Program-made: the position numbers and the translations under genes
NCBI GenBank assembly: GCA_964525315.1
Contig: CAZGGJ010000004.1
Span: 5,675 to 69,674, forward strand
Length of the DNA stretch: 64,000 nucleotides
Source: an uncultured Candidatus Saccharibacteria bacterium
Lineage (GTDB): Bacteria > Patescibacteriota > Saccharimonadia > Saccharimonadales > Saccharimonadaceae
Direction: 5' to 3'
In this document: positions 36,109-45,145 of the stretch, piece after piece
How positions within the stretch are numbered: the first letter of the stretch is position 1
Layout: each line of letters begins with the position of its first letter
Notes under the pieces: generated by a model
Told to the model about the DNA's origin: nothing
Databases searched by the model: none
Seen by the model: only the letters and a program-made list of their open reading frames with translations

Positions 36109-36858
36109 GTGACGTCTATCATCCCTATGCCTATCCGTTTATTCCAAACCCCCATCGCCAATCTCTACTTGGGCACTACTCCAGTAGACAAAGTATATAT
36201 GGGTGGCACGCAGGTATGGCCGGAGATGACAGGGTTGTGGCATAGCCGCAGCGTACTTGCCGGCAGCTCGGTTGATGCTAACGGCACTGCCAGCCATACC
36301 TGCACGTTTGCGCCGGCCACGAGCGGACACAGGCTTGTCGCGATTGTGGCCGGAGCAGTGGCGTCATCGACGCCAGCTGGCTGGAGCTTGGTAGTGTCGG
36401 CAGTGCAGTTGACCGGCCTGTATGTATTTACCAAAATAGCAACTGGGGGCGAGAGTTCGTTCACGACGACACATAATAGTGCGAATTACGCTATACGCGG
36501 GGTAGTCTACGAGCTGCCGGCGAGCGCAACGGTACTAGGAAGCAACTCTCAACTCCTCGCTGGTGGCGGAGCTGTTTCTGGCCCTGCCATGACCGGCCTC
36601 ACGGGCACCTATGCGGTGTTTGCGGCGCGCAGTCATGGCCTGACACTGCCTAGCGGCTCTATCGAGGCCAGTTGGACGGCTCCGACCATCGAAGATTACG
36701 AAGAGTTTGTGGGGAGCAACGGCAACGATGGTATTGGGCTATCTGTGGCCGTCCAGAGCGGTGTGAGTGGCGACTCGTTCTCCTGTGTTTACAACATGAT
36801 GTGGGACAATACAGCCATTGATGTCGGTGAAAGCGCCGTGGTGGCAATAAGCGTATAA
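36109..36858 (+). CDS. hypothetical protein (249 aa), start uncertain
   Basis: ORF from GTG 36109, with an alternative ATG at 36127. It is the first gene after P6. No tag, signal peptide or recognisable motif. Confidence 0.45.
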   Translation: MTSIIPMPIRLFQTPIANLYLGTTPVDKVYMGGTQVWPEMTGLWHSRSVLAGSSVDANGTASHTCTFAPATSGHRLVAIVAGAVASSTPAGWSLVVSAVQLTGLYVFTKIATGGESSFTTTHNSANYAIRGVVYELPASATVLGSNSQLLAGGGAVSGPAMTGLTGTYAVFAARSHGLTLPSGSIEASWTAPTIEDYEEFVGSNGNDGIGLSVAVQSGVSGDSFSCVYNMMWDNTAIDVGESAVVAISV

Positions 36859-36871
36859 TGAAAGGTGAAGC

Positions 36872-38059
36872 ATGCATAAGCGTATTGGCAAGTATCTATC
36901 AAACTGGCGGACAGTAGCGCTCGCGGCTACGAGCCTTGTGGCCTGCATCGCTATCGCGACCGTGGTGTATGCTGCCGCGAATACGTACAATTCCCAAGAA
37001 GCCGAAGCTGGCACGCGCGCTGGCAATGTCGCACTCGTGTCCGACTCGTCCGCCTCTAGCTCCAGTGCCGTGAAGTTTGGCACGAGCACTACGGGCGGCT
37101 GTGTCGGCGCAACTAACGAGCCGGGCGGCCCTGACCCATGGGGCGGCTGCTGGCCTGGTCCGCAGAACACTGGGTACCCGCAGGGCCTCCCAGGTGATAC
37201 CCGCACACCAGTGACGTTGACGAACTACACGGGTCCAGCGGAAATCAATTCGTGCGGCACAGTCATTGAAAACAAGCTTGTCAATACCTGGCTCCTGCTG
37301 AAGGTCGGCAACGGCACTCATAGCAAAGACACGCCGTGTCTGACCATCCGCAACAGCAAGATAATTGGTACGATTAACACTATGGATGCGGTCAAAGGCC
37401 CAATCCTAATAGAGGATTCCGAGATTACGACTGTCGATGAGGCTATATCGTATGGCATTCCGTTTGTTGAGAACCTGGGCCGTTACAATATTTTTGCTTA
37501 CCGTGTGAAGAGTCTTGGCGGCGACCCGACCATCAAATGCGCTGCCTATTGCGAGACCAAGGATTCGATGGTGTACGCGCCGACGCTCGGCGGCAACGAC
37601 CGGCACTATAATGCCATCGGCGGCAACGGCATGGAGGCTGGGTCATGGAATATCGAGCACAACTATGCCTCTTGCGGAGACTGGTCGGGAACTTCGACCG
37701 GGTCGCCTCCGACGGGCGATACGGGCTGCTCGGCCGCTATCGGGTTTTACGGCGACTTTTCTCCGGTACGCAATATCACGATTCATCGTAACCTCATCAG
37801 GTCGTCGTATGTCGTCAGCGGCGGGCAAGAATTCCGTCAGGCCGCCTATTGCCTGAACCCTGGCTACTATGTCGGCAAACCATATCCGAATCCAACAAAT
37901 ATGACTATTACGGATAATATTTTCCATCGTAGTCTGTCTGGGAAATGCGGTATCTTCGGCCCGACCAACAGCCTGAATAAGGTCGGCCAAGGCAGCACAA
38001 ATGTCTGGAGCGGCAACCGCTACACTGATGGTACAGCGATTAACCGCGTCGAAGAATAG
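36872..38059 (+). CDS. signal-anchored beta-helix-like protein
   Basis: 395-aa ORF. The N-terminal hydrophobic segment is WRTVALAATSLVACIAIATVVYAAA. Beta-helix-like repeats include TIRNSKIIGTIN and ILIEDSEITT. The similar NITIHRNLIRS block recalls 719 and 5672. Confidence 0.5.
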   Translation: MHKRIGKYLSNWRTVALAATSLVACIAIATVVYAAANTYNSQEAEAGTRAGNVALVSDSSASSSSAVKFGTSTTGGCVGATNEPGGPDPWGGCWPGPQNTGYPQGLPGDTRTPVTLTNYTGPAEINSCGTVIENKLVNTWLLLKVGNGTHSKDTPCLTIRNSKIIGTINTMDAVKGPILIEDSEITTVDEAISYGIPFVENLGRYNIFAYRVKSLGGDPTIKCAAYCETKDSMVYAPTLGGNDRHYNAIGGNGMEAGSWNIEHNYASCGDWSGTSTGSPPTGDTGCSAAIGFYGDFSPVRNITIHRNLIRSSYVVSGGQEFRQAAYCLNPGYYVGKPYPNPTNMTITDNIFHRSLSGKCGIFGPTNSLNKVGQGSTNVWSGNRYTDGTAINRVEE

Positions 38060-38075
38060 TCTTGACGCTCTTCGC

Positions 38076-38106
38076 TTGACAATCCCGCACGGGGGGGGGG
38101 TACCAT
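38076..38106 (+). promoter_or_regulatory. poly-G spacer promoter P7: TTGACA-9nt-G10-TACCAT (spacer 19)
   Basis: TTGACA is at 38076-38081, the G10 run at 38091-38100 and TACCAT at 38101-38106. A second TTGACG lies 15 nt upstream (38062-38067). Confidence 0.65.
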
Positions 38107-38176
38107 AGAGGTAGTCTAGCCACAAGCGATATATTGGCAATACGGTTGTGCTATTCTAGGTAAAGAAGGGGCGTGA

Positions 38177-39595
38177 ATGACCGCGATTTTGAGTAACAAT
38201 GCACGAGGCGGCGTCGCTGGGCAATCGGTGACGCAGTATAACTCTGGCGAAGTGTCGGGCGATTCTTGGCGGTACATGTTTTTAAGCGCTACTGCCACAA
38301 TTACCTATGCCCAGGCACCGGTGCGAAGCGATATTGTTCATAAGTTTAGTAGCGGCTCAACCGCGGGGCAGGCTTATCTGACGTGGGGTATTCTACCAGA
38401 TGCCCCAGTGTATTATGTCCGGTTTTATGTATATCCAGAAGGTCTACCTAGCGTGTCGGTGCGTTTTTGTGAATTGTGGGTAGATGAGTCAACGTTCGGA
38501 TTTACGCTGGGCATGCGGGCCAGTGGGCAGCTTGCGCTGAAGGACAGTCAAGGTGCCACCGTCGGAGATTCGACGATTCGTCTTCGGCCGAGCCAATGGG
38601 CGCGGATAGAGCTAAAAATCGTGGCAAGTCCGACCAATGGACAGGTAGAAACGCGTATATATACCGAGGCAGATTCGCCGTACTATGCCGAACGTATGGT
38701 ATCGGCTGCGACATTCAATACACTTCCACTTGCCAATTCGTCTAGTTTTCGATTTGGCCTACCAACACTCCCTAGCGCGAACTACACGGCGTATCTCAAC
38801 TGTATGAGCATCAGTGACACTGATTGGCTCGGGCCAGCTGACTGGGGCGTCGATGCCCCACTGGTGATTCGTAACGATGCCGAGACTGGCACGCCGGGAG
38901 CTACCGTTGCGCCAAATAATAGTGGTGATGCTCAAAATCGTTTTATCGACGGTGTCGCAAACGCCGTAGGGGCCAGTACCTATAGCACCGCGCAAGCCGC
39001 GCATGGCAGTCAGTCATTTTATTTTCAGCCCGTGGATGGTGACGCACACTTCTATGTCTACAGGCTTTTAGGGACGAATCGAGCGGCAGCGCGGATGTAC
39101 CTCTACCTCACGGCATTACCGGCAGTGGGCGCCGAAGTGATGCAGTTTACAACCCCTGACCTAGGTGGCTTTGCGGCGCTCTCACGCGTCATAATCTCTT
39201 CTACGGCGCAAATTTCACTATGGGATTCGGCTGGTACGGTGCTGTGGACCTCTGCTGCGCCAATGCCACTCAATACTTGGATACGATTTGAAATGTTCGC
39301 GCAGATTGGTGCAACGGCCGGCACGGGTGAAGTTCGGTTCGCATACTACAATCACGATAGTACCACGCCCGTCCAGTCGTTCTCGACATCAACCGCCAAT
39401 CTAGGAACGCTTACTATTGGTGGCGCACGCTTCGGTAAGGTCAATAACAACTCCTGGACCGCACCATTCTATCTCGATGGTCTATCTATACAGCAGGCGG
39501 CGAGTGGCTTTATCGGCCCGTGGGCGACTCCACCAACTCCACCAGCATCCTTTGCTGGCATTGTGCCACACTTAGGGTGGGGAAGGCAGGTGTAA
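38177..39595 (+). CDS. tandem lectin-like jelly-roll protein, paralog of 21239..22663
   Basis: 472-aa ORF. Same N-terminal (MTAILSNNARGGV) and C-terminal (GIVPHLGWGRQV) motifs and the same two-domain layout as the 21239 product. Confidence 0.5.
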   Translation: MTAILSNNARGGVAGQSVTQYNSGEVSGDSWRYMFLSATATITYAQAPVRSDIVHKFSSGSTAGQAYLTWGILPDAPVYYVRFYVYPEGLPSVSVRFCELWVDESTFGFTLGMRASGQLALKDSQGATVGDSTIRLRPSQWARIELKIVASPTNGQVETRIYTEADSPYYAERMVSAATFNTLPLANSSSFRFGLPTLPSANYTAYLNCMSISDTDWLGPADWGVDAPLVIRNDAETGTPGATVAPNNSGDAQNRFIDGVANAVGASTYSTAQAAHGSQSFYFQPVDGDAHFYVYRLLGTNRAAARMYLYLTALPAVGAEVMQFTTPDLGGFAALSRVIISSTAQISLWDSAGTVLWTSAAPMPLNTWIRFEMFAQIGATAGTGEVRFAYYNHDSTTPVQSFSTSTANLGTLTIGGARFGKVNNNSWTAPFYLDGLSIQQAASGFIGPWATPPTPPASFAGIVPHLGWGRQV

Positions 39596-39603
39596 AATAC
39601 CCC

Positions 39604-41283
39604 ATGAGTATAACAGCACGGCGTTTGAGTAGAGCGACACAGGAAGTTACGAGTGGTTGGCCGCAGCTTTCAGCGCAGCGGGGTGCATTGACGATTGGTA
39701 CGGCGAGTTACACAATTCCTGGCAGTGCTGTGTATGTCGACTCGGCAAGTGGCTCGAACAGCAATAGCGGCACACTCAATTCACCATACCAAACAGTCGC
39801 CTATGCCACGTCACAAGTTGCCGCGAACGGTACGGTTGTCTGCCGTGCTGGCGTGTATCATGAACAGTTCGAGCATACGCCTAGCGACAATGCCTGTACG
39901 GTGATGAATTATCCTGGCGAGGAAGTCTGGTTCGACGGCTCGGTCGTTGTTACGAGTTGGACGCAAAATGGCTCGACATGGGTGCATAACGGCATTCCAA
40001 CGAAATTCAATCATACCACTAGTGCCGGCTGGGCAGATTATCCGAATTTTCTGCAGGGCGATATGTACGCCGGCCTGTCCGACCAGGTATTTTATGATGG
40101 GGCTCGTTTGACGCAAATCGCCGATGGTGCAACACCCAGTGCTGGACAATTCTCGGTAAATTACACCGCAAATACTATCACCATAGGCTCTAACCCGAAT
40201 GGTCATGAGGTGCGCGTCTCTGACCTGCGCTACCTAGTGATTGCTTCGCAGCGCATCTCATGGAAGGGAATTGGTGTGCGCCGCTACGCTCCCGACAAGA
40301 CCAGTGATGTCGGCGCCCCATTTTACTACGGTGGCAGTTCAGCTGGCTCCAGCTTTGAAAATGTCGTCGTCAAGCAGTCATCAATTGCCGGCTGGGCACT
40401 GAACAAGCCAAATATGACGCTGCGTTACTGCACTGCCGAAGACAATATGCATACTGGCATCGGCGGTTCGTACTGCGATGGCCTTGTGGTGGATTCGTGT
40501 GCCATGCAGAACAACAACGTCGGCAAGTTCAAAGCACAACCAACCACAGCAGGCATAAAAATCACCGACTGCCTTGGCGTGACAGTCAGTAATTGTTACG
40601 TCGTGGACAATACGGGCGGTATGGGCATATGGTTTGACGTGTCGTGTGTCAAAGTAAATGTGCTGCACAATTACATTAAAGGCGCACACTACGACGGTAT
40701 CACGATGGAGCTAAGTGCGGGCGGCTATATCAGCGGGGTGCAGTACCGAAGCATTGTAGCCGGCAACTACATAGATGGTGCGCAGTTCGGTATCGGTTGT
40801 CTGGATAGCAGCTACACCGATATCTACAACAATACGTTTATCAACTGCACCTCGGCTGATATTATGATGCAGCGTGATGACCGTCCGCTCAATACCGGCA
40901 ACAAAACACGCACGCTTGCCGAATGTTCCTGGGATACGACCTATAACACGAATGTTAACAATATTTTAGGGCCGTGTACCATTCCGATTCGTGTCTTTGA
41001 TAGCAACAATAACCGCAGCGCCGATGTCATGTACAACGAAGTTCGCAACAATACCATCACGAAACTATCGGGTGGGATTATCCAATGGGGCAATGCCAGC
41101 AATAGCTACACGACCTACAATACGCCAGCAGCATTTCAGGCTGCCGTGCCAAGTTTGTCGAGTGGTAATATTCAATCGGCCACTATTGACCACACCCAGG
41201 CGTTTGGCGTGCCAGCTCACGTAGCAAATGCGCTCGGGGTTGCATCTAATACGAAGCGTATGGGGGCGTGGGTTAATTCGTAA
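39604..41283 (+). CDS. beta-helix (DUF1565/pectate-lyase-like) protein with ARRL tag
   Basis: Start chosen at MSITARRLSRA (ATG 39604); the track start 39520 overlaps the upstream gene. Motifs: GTASYTIPGSAVYVDSASGSNSNSGTLNSPYQTV, TVVCRAGVYHEQ, NYPGEEVWFDGS, WKGIGVRRYAP. Confidence 0.7.
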   Translation: MSITARRLSRATQEVTSGWPQLSAQRGALTIGTASYTIPGSAVYVDSASGSNSNSGTLNSPYQTVAYATSQVAANGTVVCRAGVYHEQFEHTPSDNACTVMNYPGEEVWFDGSVVVTSWTQNGSTWVHNGIPTKFNHTTSAGWADYPNFLQGDMYAGLSDQVFYDGARLTQIADGATPSAGQFSVNYTANTITIGSNPNGHEVRVSDLRYLVIASQRISWKGIGVRRYAPDKTSDVGAPFYYGGSSAGSSFENVVVKQSSIAGWALNKPNMTLRYCTAEDNMHTGIGGSYCDGLVVDSCAMQNNNVGKFKAQPTTAGIKITDCLGVTVSNCYVVDNTGGMGIWFDVSCVKVNVLHNYIKGAHYDGITMELSAGGYISGVQYRSIVAGNYIDGAQFGIGCLDSSYTDIYNNTFINCTSADIMMQRDDRPLNTGNKTRTLAECSWDTTYNTNVNNILGPCTIPIRVFDSNNNRSADVMYNEVRNNTITKLSGGIIQWGNASNSYTTYNTPAAFQAAVPSLSSGNIQSATIDHTQAFGVPAHVANALGVASNTKRMGAWVNS

Positions 41284-41314
41284 TGCATGACGAGGCAAGA
41301 GGGACTGAAGCAAT

Positions 41315-42616
41315 ATGAGTAGATTTGCACGCCGACTACAGTATGCAGCCTCTTCCGTGCGGCGCTATCCGGGCTATTTGCCGCCGTTTTTGACACGTCC
41401 AACCGGAACTGATTATGTACGCTATGAAGACTTGGTCCAGGGAGGTGATGCGGTCACAGTGACGACAGTGGGCACGCAACCTGTCTATCAATTCGGCGCT
41501 GGCGTATTCCAGACTATCATTGAACGGTGTCCGGCAAACAAATGGATGACATTTCCGGCGGGCGTCTTTGAAATTAATTCTCCAGGCTGGACGATTGGCG
41601 ACAACGCCGCCTGTCAGTGGCCCAAGACGTCCTACGGCGCTATCGGTAATTGTCCACCCGGAACTGGGTGGGATGACCTCGCGCCCGACAACCAGCGGAC
41701 GGTATTCCGGGTGAAGGCAAATACTGCCCCGAGCAAAAACGTGGCCGGCGCATGGTTCAGGATAGGATATAGTGGCTCGGTAAAGCAGTCGTGGGCCAAT
41801 ATTCATTTTGAAGGCACCGACCAAGGCATGCAAGTATCGGGCGATACGGGCAACAATAGTGGTCCCGGCAATGACGGCACCTCACGGCGTTTGTTTACAA
41901 ATGCCTTTTTCTGGAATGTGGCTGATAATTCCAATGCTCGCGATATCTTGTCAACAGGGAATTTCGGCAATAACGGAGCTCCTCCCGGTGAAACATTCGG
42001 TTTTCAGTGGTATCACTCTACTAATCCCGTACTATGTCGCATTTATGTGGATGGCCGCCGCATGGCGGGCGGGCCTATTTATTCGGCGGCTGGTATTACC
42101 TTTGGCAACACGCTCGGCGGCATCCTGACCGATAGCTGGACACATCACAATGGGCAGGCAGGTGTGGTTTTCTTCCAAACGGCAAATTGCGTCAGTTATG
42201 GCTGCCGGCTAGGTGACCCAAGCGACCACACGACGAATCATGTCAATGGCAAGGCGAATGGCGATTGGCTCAATCATGAGCGGAGTACTGGCAATGTCCA
42301 TACTGACATGAACCTCCATGTCTACAGCGTCGGCAAAGCACAGGGCGAGCATGTTTCGCATTCCAATGATAGCTGGACGCTGTCTCGCTCCGGACAGGAT
42401 ATCCCAGTTGATAATGGTACGGTGAAGTTTATCAACCAGACACACTCGCAGATATTATTTGGCGGTTCTGGGTATCCACTGACTATCGCGACATGGGTGC
42501 CGTATTGGACAGGCAATACCATGCAATCCAGTAATAGGCCTATTATCGTTGCCGCTGACGGCATAACGCCAGTGGCCGCAAAGTGGAACTTCGGAGGGAC
42601 ATGGCTAGATGTGTAA
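41315..42616 (+). CDS. ARRL-tagged protein of unknown function, paralog of 42638..43813
   Basis: 433-aa ORF. N-terminus is MSRFARRLQYA. Shared blocks: YVRYEDL.Q.GD, FP.GVF, G.NGAPPGETFG, VDGRR....YSAAGIT.G, HHNG.A..VF. Confidence 0.55.
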   Translation: MSRFARRLQYAASSVRRYPGYLPPFLTRPTGTDYVRYEDLVQGGDAVTVTTVGTQPVYQFGAGVFQTIIERCPANKWMTFPAGVFEINSPGWTIGDNAACQWPKTSYGAIGNCPPGTGWDDLAPDNQRTVFRVKANTAPSKNVAGAWFRIGYSGSVKQSWANIHFEGTDQGMQVSGDTGNNSGPGNDGTSRRLFTNAFFWNVADNSNARDILSTGNFGNNGAPPGETFGFQWYHSTNPVLCRIYVDGRRMAGGPIYSAAGITFGNTLGGILTDSWTHHNGQAGVVFFQTANCVSYGCRLGDPSDHTTNHVNGKANGDWLNHERSTGNVHTDMNLHVYSVGKAQGEHVSHSNDSWTLSRSGQDIPVDNGTVKFINQTHSQILFGGSGYPLTIATWVPYWTGNTMQSSNRPIIVAADGITPVAAKWNFGGTWLDV

Positions 42617-42637
42617 AGACGTAAGGAGCAGTAATAT

Positions 42638-43813
42638 ATGAGTATCGCCGCACGACGACTAATGAGGGCGCCAGCCGTTACGAGCGACCGTCCGACAGGT
42701 CCGGGGTATGTCCGCTATGAAGATTTGTACCAGCCTGGCGATTCAGTAGGCGCGGCCCTCAATCGCCTCGCGACACCAGCCATTGTGACCTTCCCAGAAG
42801 GGGTGTTCCTGCTCAATGGGTTTCAGTATTATGGCGGTGCCATTGACTGCAAAAAAACAATGGTGCGCGGTATCATTGGCTCTGGCTCGGGAACATTGTT
42901 CGACGAAAGCCGTGGTACGATTTTCAAGATGGTGCCAAATAGCTCGTCGTTCGTCAAAGGTACGTCACCAGAAACACCTACCCAGGCGCAGGGCGGCACG
43001 ACCCAGGTATGGGTAATTCGCTGCGTCGGTGCCGAGGGGGATGTACGGTTCGAAAACTTCCAAATAGTTGGCACCGAACAAGGGCACAACTACAACGGCC
43101 TCTATGCCTACCATGTTCAGGGAAGTACGACGATAAAAAATGTCAAAGTATCGGGAGTGGCTGGCGATAACGGCGCTCCTCCGGGTGAAACATTTGGCAT
43201 CTCGGCGTATCAGGGCAATATGGGCACCACAGTTATTGAAAACTGCGAAGTCGACGGCAGGCGTAGCGGTGCAGCTGGTTCCTCGTGGTATAGCGCAGCA
43301 GGGATTACCAGTGGGCAATCTATTGGTGCGACCATTCGTGGGTGCCATTCTCACCATAACGGTGCTGCGGCGTTTGTGTTCTATCGCGCGTTTGACGGAG
43401 TATTCGAAAATAACATTTGCGGCACGACCGACCCGGCAGCCCACGCCACGACCAATTTGAGGGGCTGGGGCGTTAATCAGGAAGAAACGGCCGGGATTGT
43501 GCACAAAAACTGCACCTATCGCCACGGTGCGGTCAACCAAGGCGTGCATATTTCACACTCTAACACCAATCGGTCGTTCCAGTATACCGGCTGGCCATCG
43601 CGTTCGGTGGTTGATGGGAGCCTTAAGGTCGTCAACCCGACATTCACAGATATATGGGGTAATAATTATTTTTACATTCAGTCATGGCTCACTGGTGTAG
43701 ATGGCACGAGCAATAACGATTCGATGGTGACGCCGCCGCTCGTCACACTGACTGACGGTGTGACTCACCTGCCATACAAATGGGCGCATGGCCCGACGCA
43801 GACTGTAACGTAA
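42638..43813 (+). CDS. ARRL-tagged protein of unknown function, paralog of 41315..42616
   Basis: 391-aa ORF with RBS AAGGAG. N-terminus is MSIAARRLMRA. Confidence 0.55.
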   Translation: MSIAARRLMRAPAVTSDRPTGPGYVRYEDLYQPGDSVGAALNRLATPAIVTFPEGVFLLNGFQYYGGAIDCKKTMVRGIIGSGSGTLFDESRGTIFKMVPNSSSFVKGTSPETPTQAQGGTTQVWVIRCVGAEGDVRFENFQIVGTEQGHNYNGLYAYHVQGSTTIKNVKVSGVAGDNGAPPGETFGISAYQGNMGTTVIENCEVDGRRSGAAGSSWYSAAGITSGQSIGATIRGCHSHHNGAAAFVFYRAFDGVFENNICGTTDPAAHATTNLRGWGVNQEETAGIVHKNCTYRHGAVNQGVHISHSNTNRSFQYTGWPSRSVVDGSLKVVNPTFTDIWGNNYFYIQSWLTGVDGTSNNDSMVTPPLVTLTDGVTHLPYKWAHGPTQTVT

Positions 43814-43829
43814 TAAAGAGGAAGAATAT

Positions 43830-45122
43830 ATGAGCATAGCAGCACGACGATTCCAGCGAGGTATCTCGAATAATACCGAAAACAACGTTCCCGAACGTGG
43901 GCCGGTCAGTTTCGCCAACTTGGCCGCAGCCAGGGCGGCGCTGAATACACCTTCGGATGCCAATTACGTCATGTGGAATTCCTCTTGGCCGGTCAATCGC
44001 GACCTAGAAGACGTCTTTGCGACCGAACTAGCCGACAACGATATTCTGGTGCTGCCGGAGCGTCCGCAGCCCTACGTTGTTGATTCGAGTGAAGGTTTTC
44101 GGGCTGCTGGCGTAGGTTGGGTACAGGGTCGTAACGGCTTGCTGCCTATCGTCAATCGCTACAAGAACATTCGCAATGCCCGCACCTGGTTCGCTATGGC
44201 CAGGGCACGGCGCGGTATCTTGGGGCTAGGTCCAAACGCCGTGATAGAAATGAGTCAATCATCGTGGACGATGGAGCCGCAAATCGAAGACCAAGGCAGT
44301 GTGCAAGAGTCCGACGGCTGGACGTCGATAGGACGATATTACTACGATACGGCTGGTGTCAAGAGGTCCGAGCTGGTCGGCTGTCAAGAGAAAATTATCG
44401 AATCAGCACATGCGACCCCGTATTTTGGTAACTTTACAATGCGTGCGCACGCGCTTGGTGGCATTGCGTTTTCAGGGCTAACAACCAACGGCAATCCAAC
44501 GATGACAACCTTTGAGCGGCTGGACCTATCGGGCTCGTGGTATGGATTCCAAGGGATTCCGAATGGTGAGGCCGGTGGGATTGGCGTAGGCCGCGGGCAA
44601 TACTTGGTGAGCCGTTGTGTTTTGGGTACGCGCGATAGCAATGGCAATCGTTTTGGAACGTCACCGGTTATGATTAACAGCTCGACTGGCGGCCTCATCG
44701 AGCATACTGATGCGTGTGAAACGAATCATGGCATGCTGACGATTTGGAACTCCAGCGGTACGCACACGCTCAATAACGTCAACTTGCGCTTTAATTCGGG
44801 TCCAGGCATGAATCTGGAGAAAAACCAAGCTGGCATGGTGCTCAATATGAACGGCGGCTCAATCTGGTCGGACTATTATGGCAACGGCGGTAAATCGCCT
44901 AAGCCAGCTGACCAAGGTACTAAAGGCAGGCTGCATATAGGGATATTTTCTGAAGTTGGGTCGGCCAAAATTACCCTGCGCGGCGTCGACCTCGATACAG
45001 GCCCAACGGCGGGCGCACTGAACTGTCAATCGTACGGAGCGACACAGCAACTAGCCAGTGACATCAAGTGTTATGACGCGAATAATAATCCCATACCAGT
45101 GAAGGCGTACGGACTCAATTAG
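43830..45122 (+). CDS. ARRL-tagged protein of unknown function, distantly related to the two preceding genes
   Basis: 430-aa ORF with RBS GAGGAAG. N-terminus is MSIAARRFQRG. Contains GIPNGEAGGIGVGRG and NHGMLTIWNS blocks. Confidence 0.5.
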   Translation: MSIAARRFQRGISNNTENNVPERGPVSFANLAAARAALNTPSDANYVMWNSSWPVNRDLEDVFATELADNDILVLPERPQPYVVDSSEGFRAAGVGWVQGRNGLLPIVNRYKNIRNARTWFAMARARRGILGLGPNAVIEMSQSSWTMEPQIEDQGSVQESDGWTSIGRYYYDTAGVKRSELVGCQEKIIESAHATPYFGNFTMRAHALGGIAFSGLTTNGNPTMTTFERLDLSGSWYGFQGIPNGEAGGIGVGRGQYLVSRCVLGTRDSNGNRFGTSPVMINSSTGGLIEHTDACETNHGMLTIWNSSGTHTLNNVNLRFNSGPGMNLEKNQAGMVLNMNGGSIWSDYYGNGGKSPKPADQGTKGRLHIGIFSEVGSAKITLRGVDLDTGPTAGALNCQSYGATQQLASDIKCYDANNNPIPVKAYGLN

Positions 45123-45129
45123 GTAGCCA

Positions 45130-45138
45130 TGATACAAT
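45130..45138 (+). promoter_or_regulatory. extended -10 (TGATACAAT) 7 nt upstream of ATG 45146; candidate leaderless promoter
   Basis: TG is at 45130-45131 and TACAAT at 45133-45138. No Shine-Dalgarno sequence. Confidence 0.4.
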
Positions 45139-45145
45139 CATAAGC

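Noticed and set aside
6523-38100. The poly-G tracts as G-quadruplex-forming elements or as pure sequencing/assembly artefacts.
   Set aside because: A single uninterrupted G10-12 run lacks the four-run/loop layout of a canonical intramolecular quadruplex. An artefact cannot be excluded for the exact lengths. However, seven tracts at the same position of a conserved promoter module are not explained by random homopolymer error.
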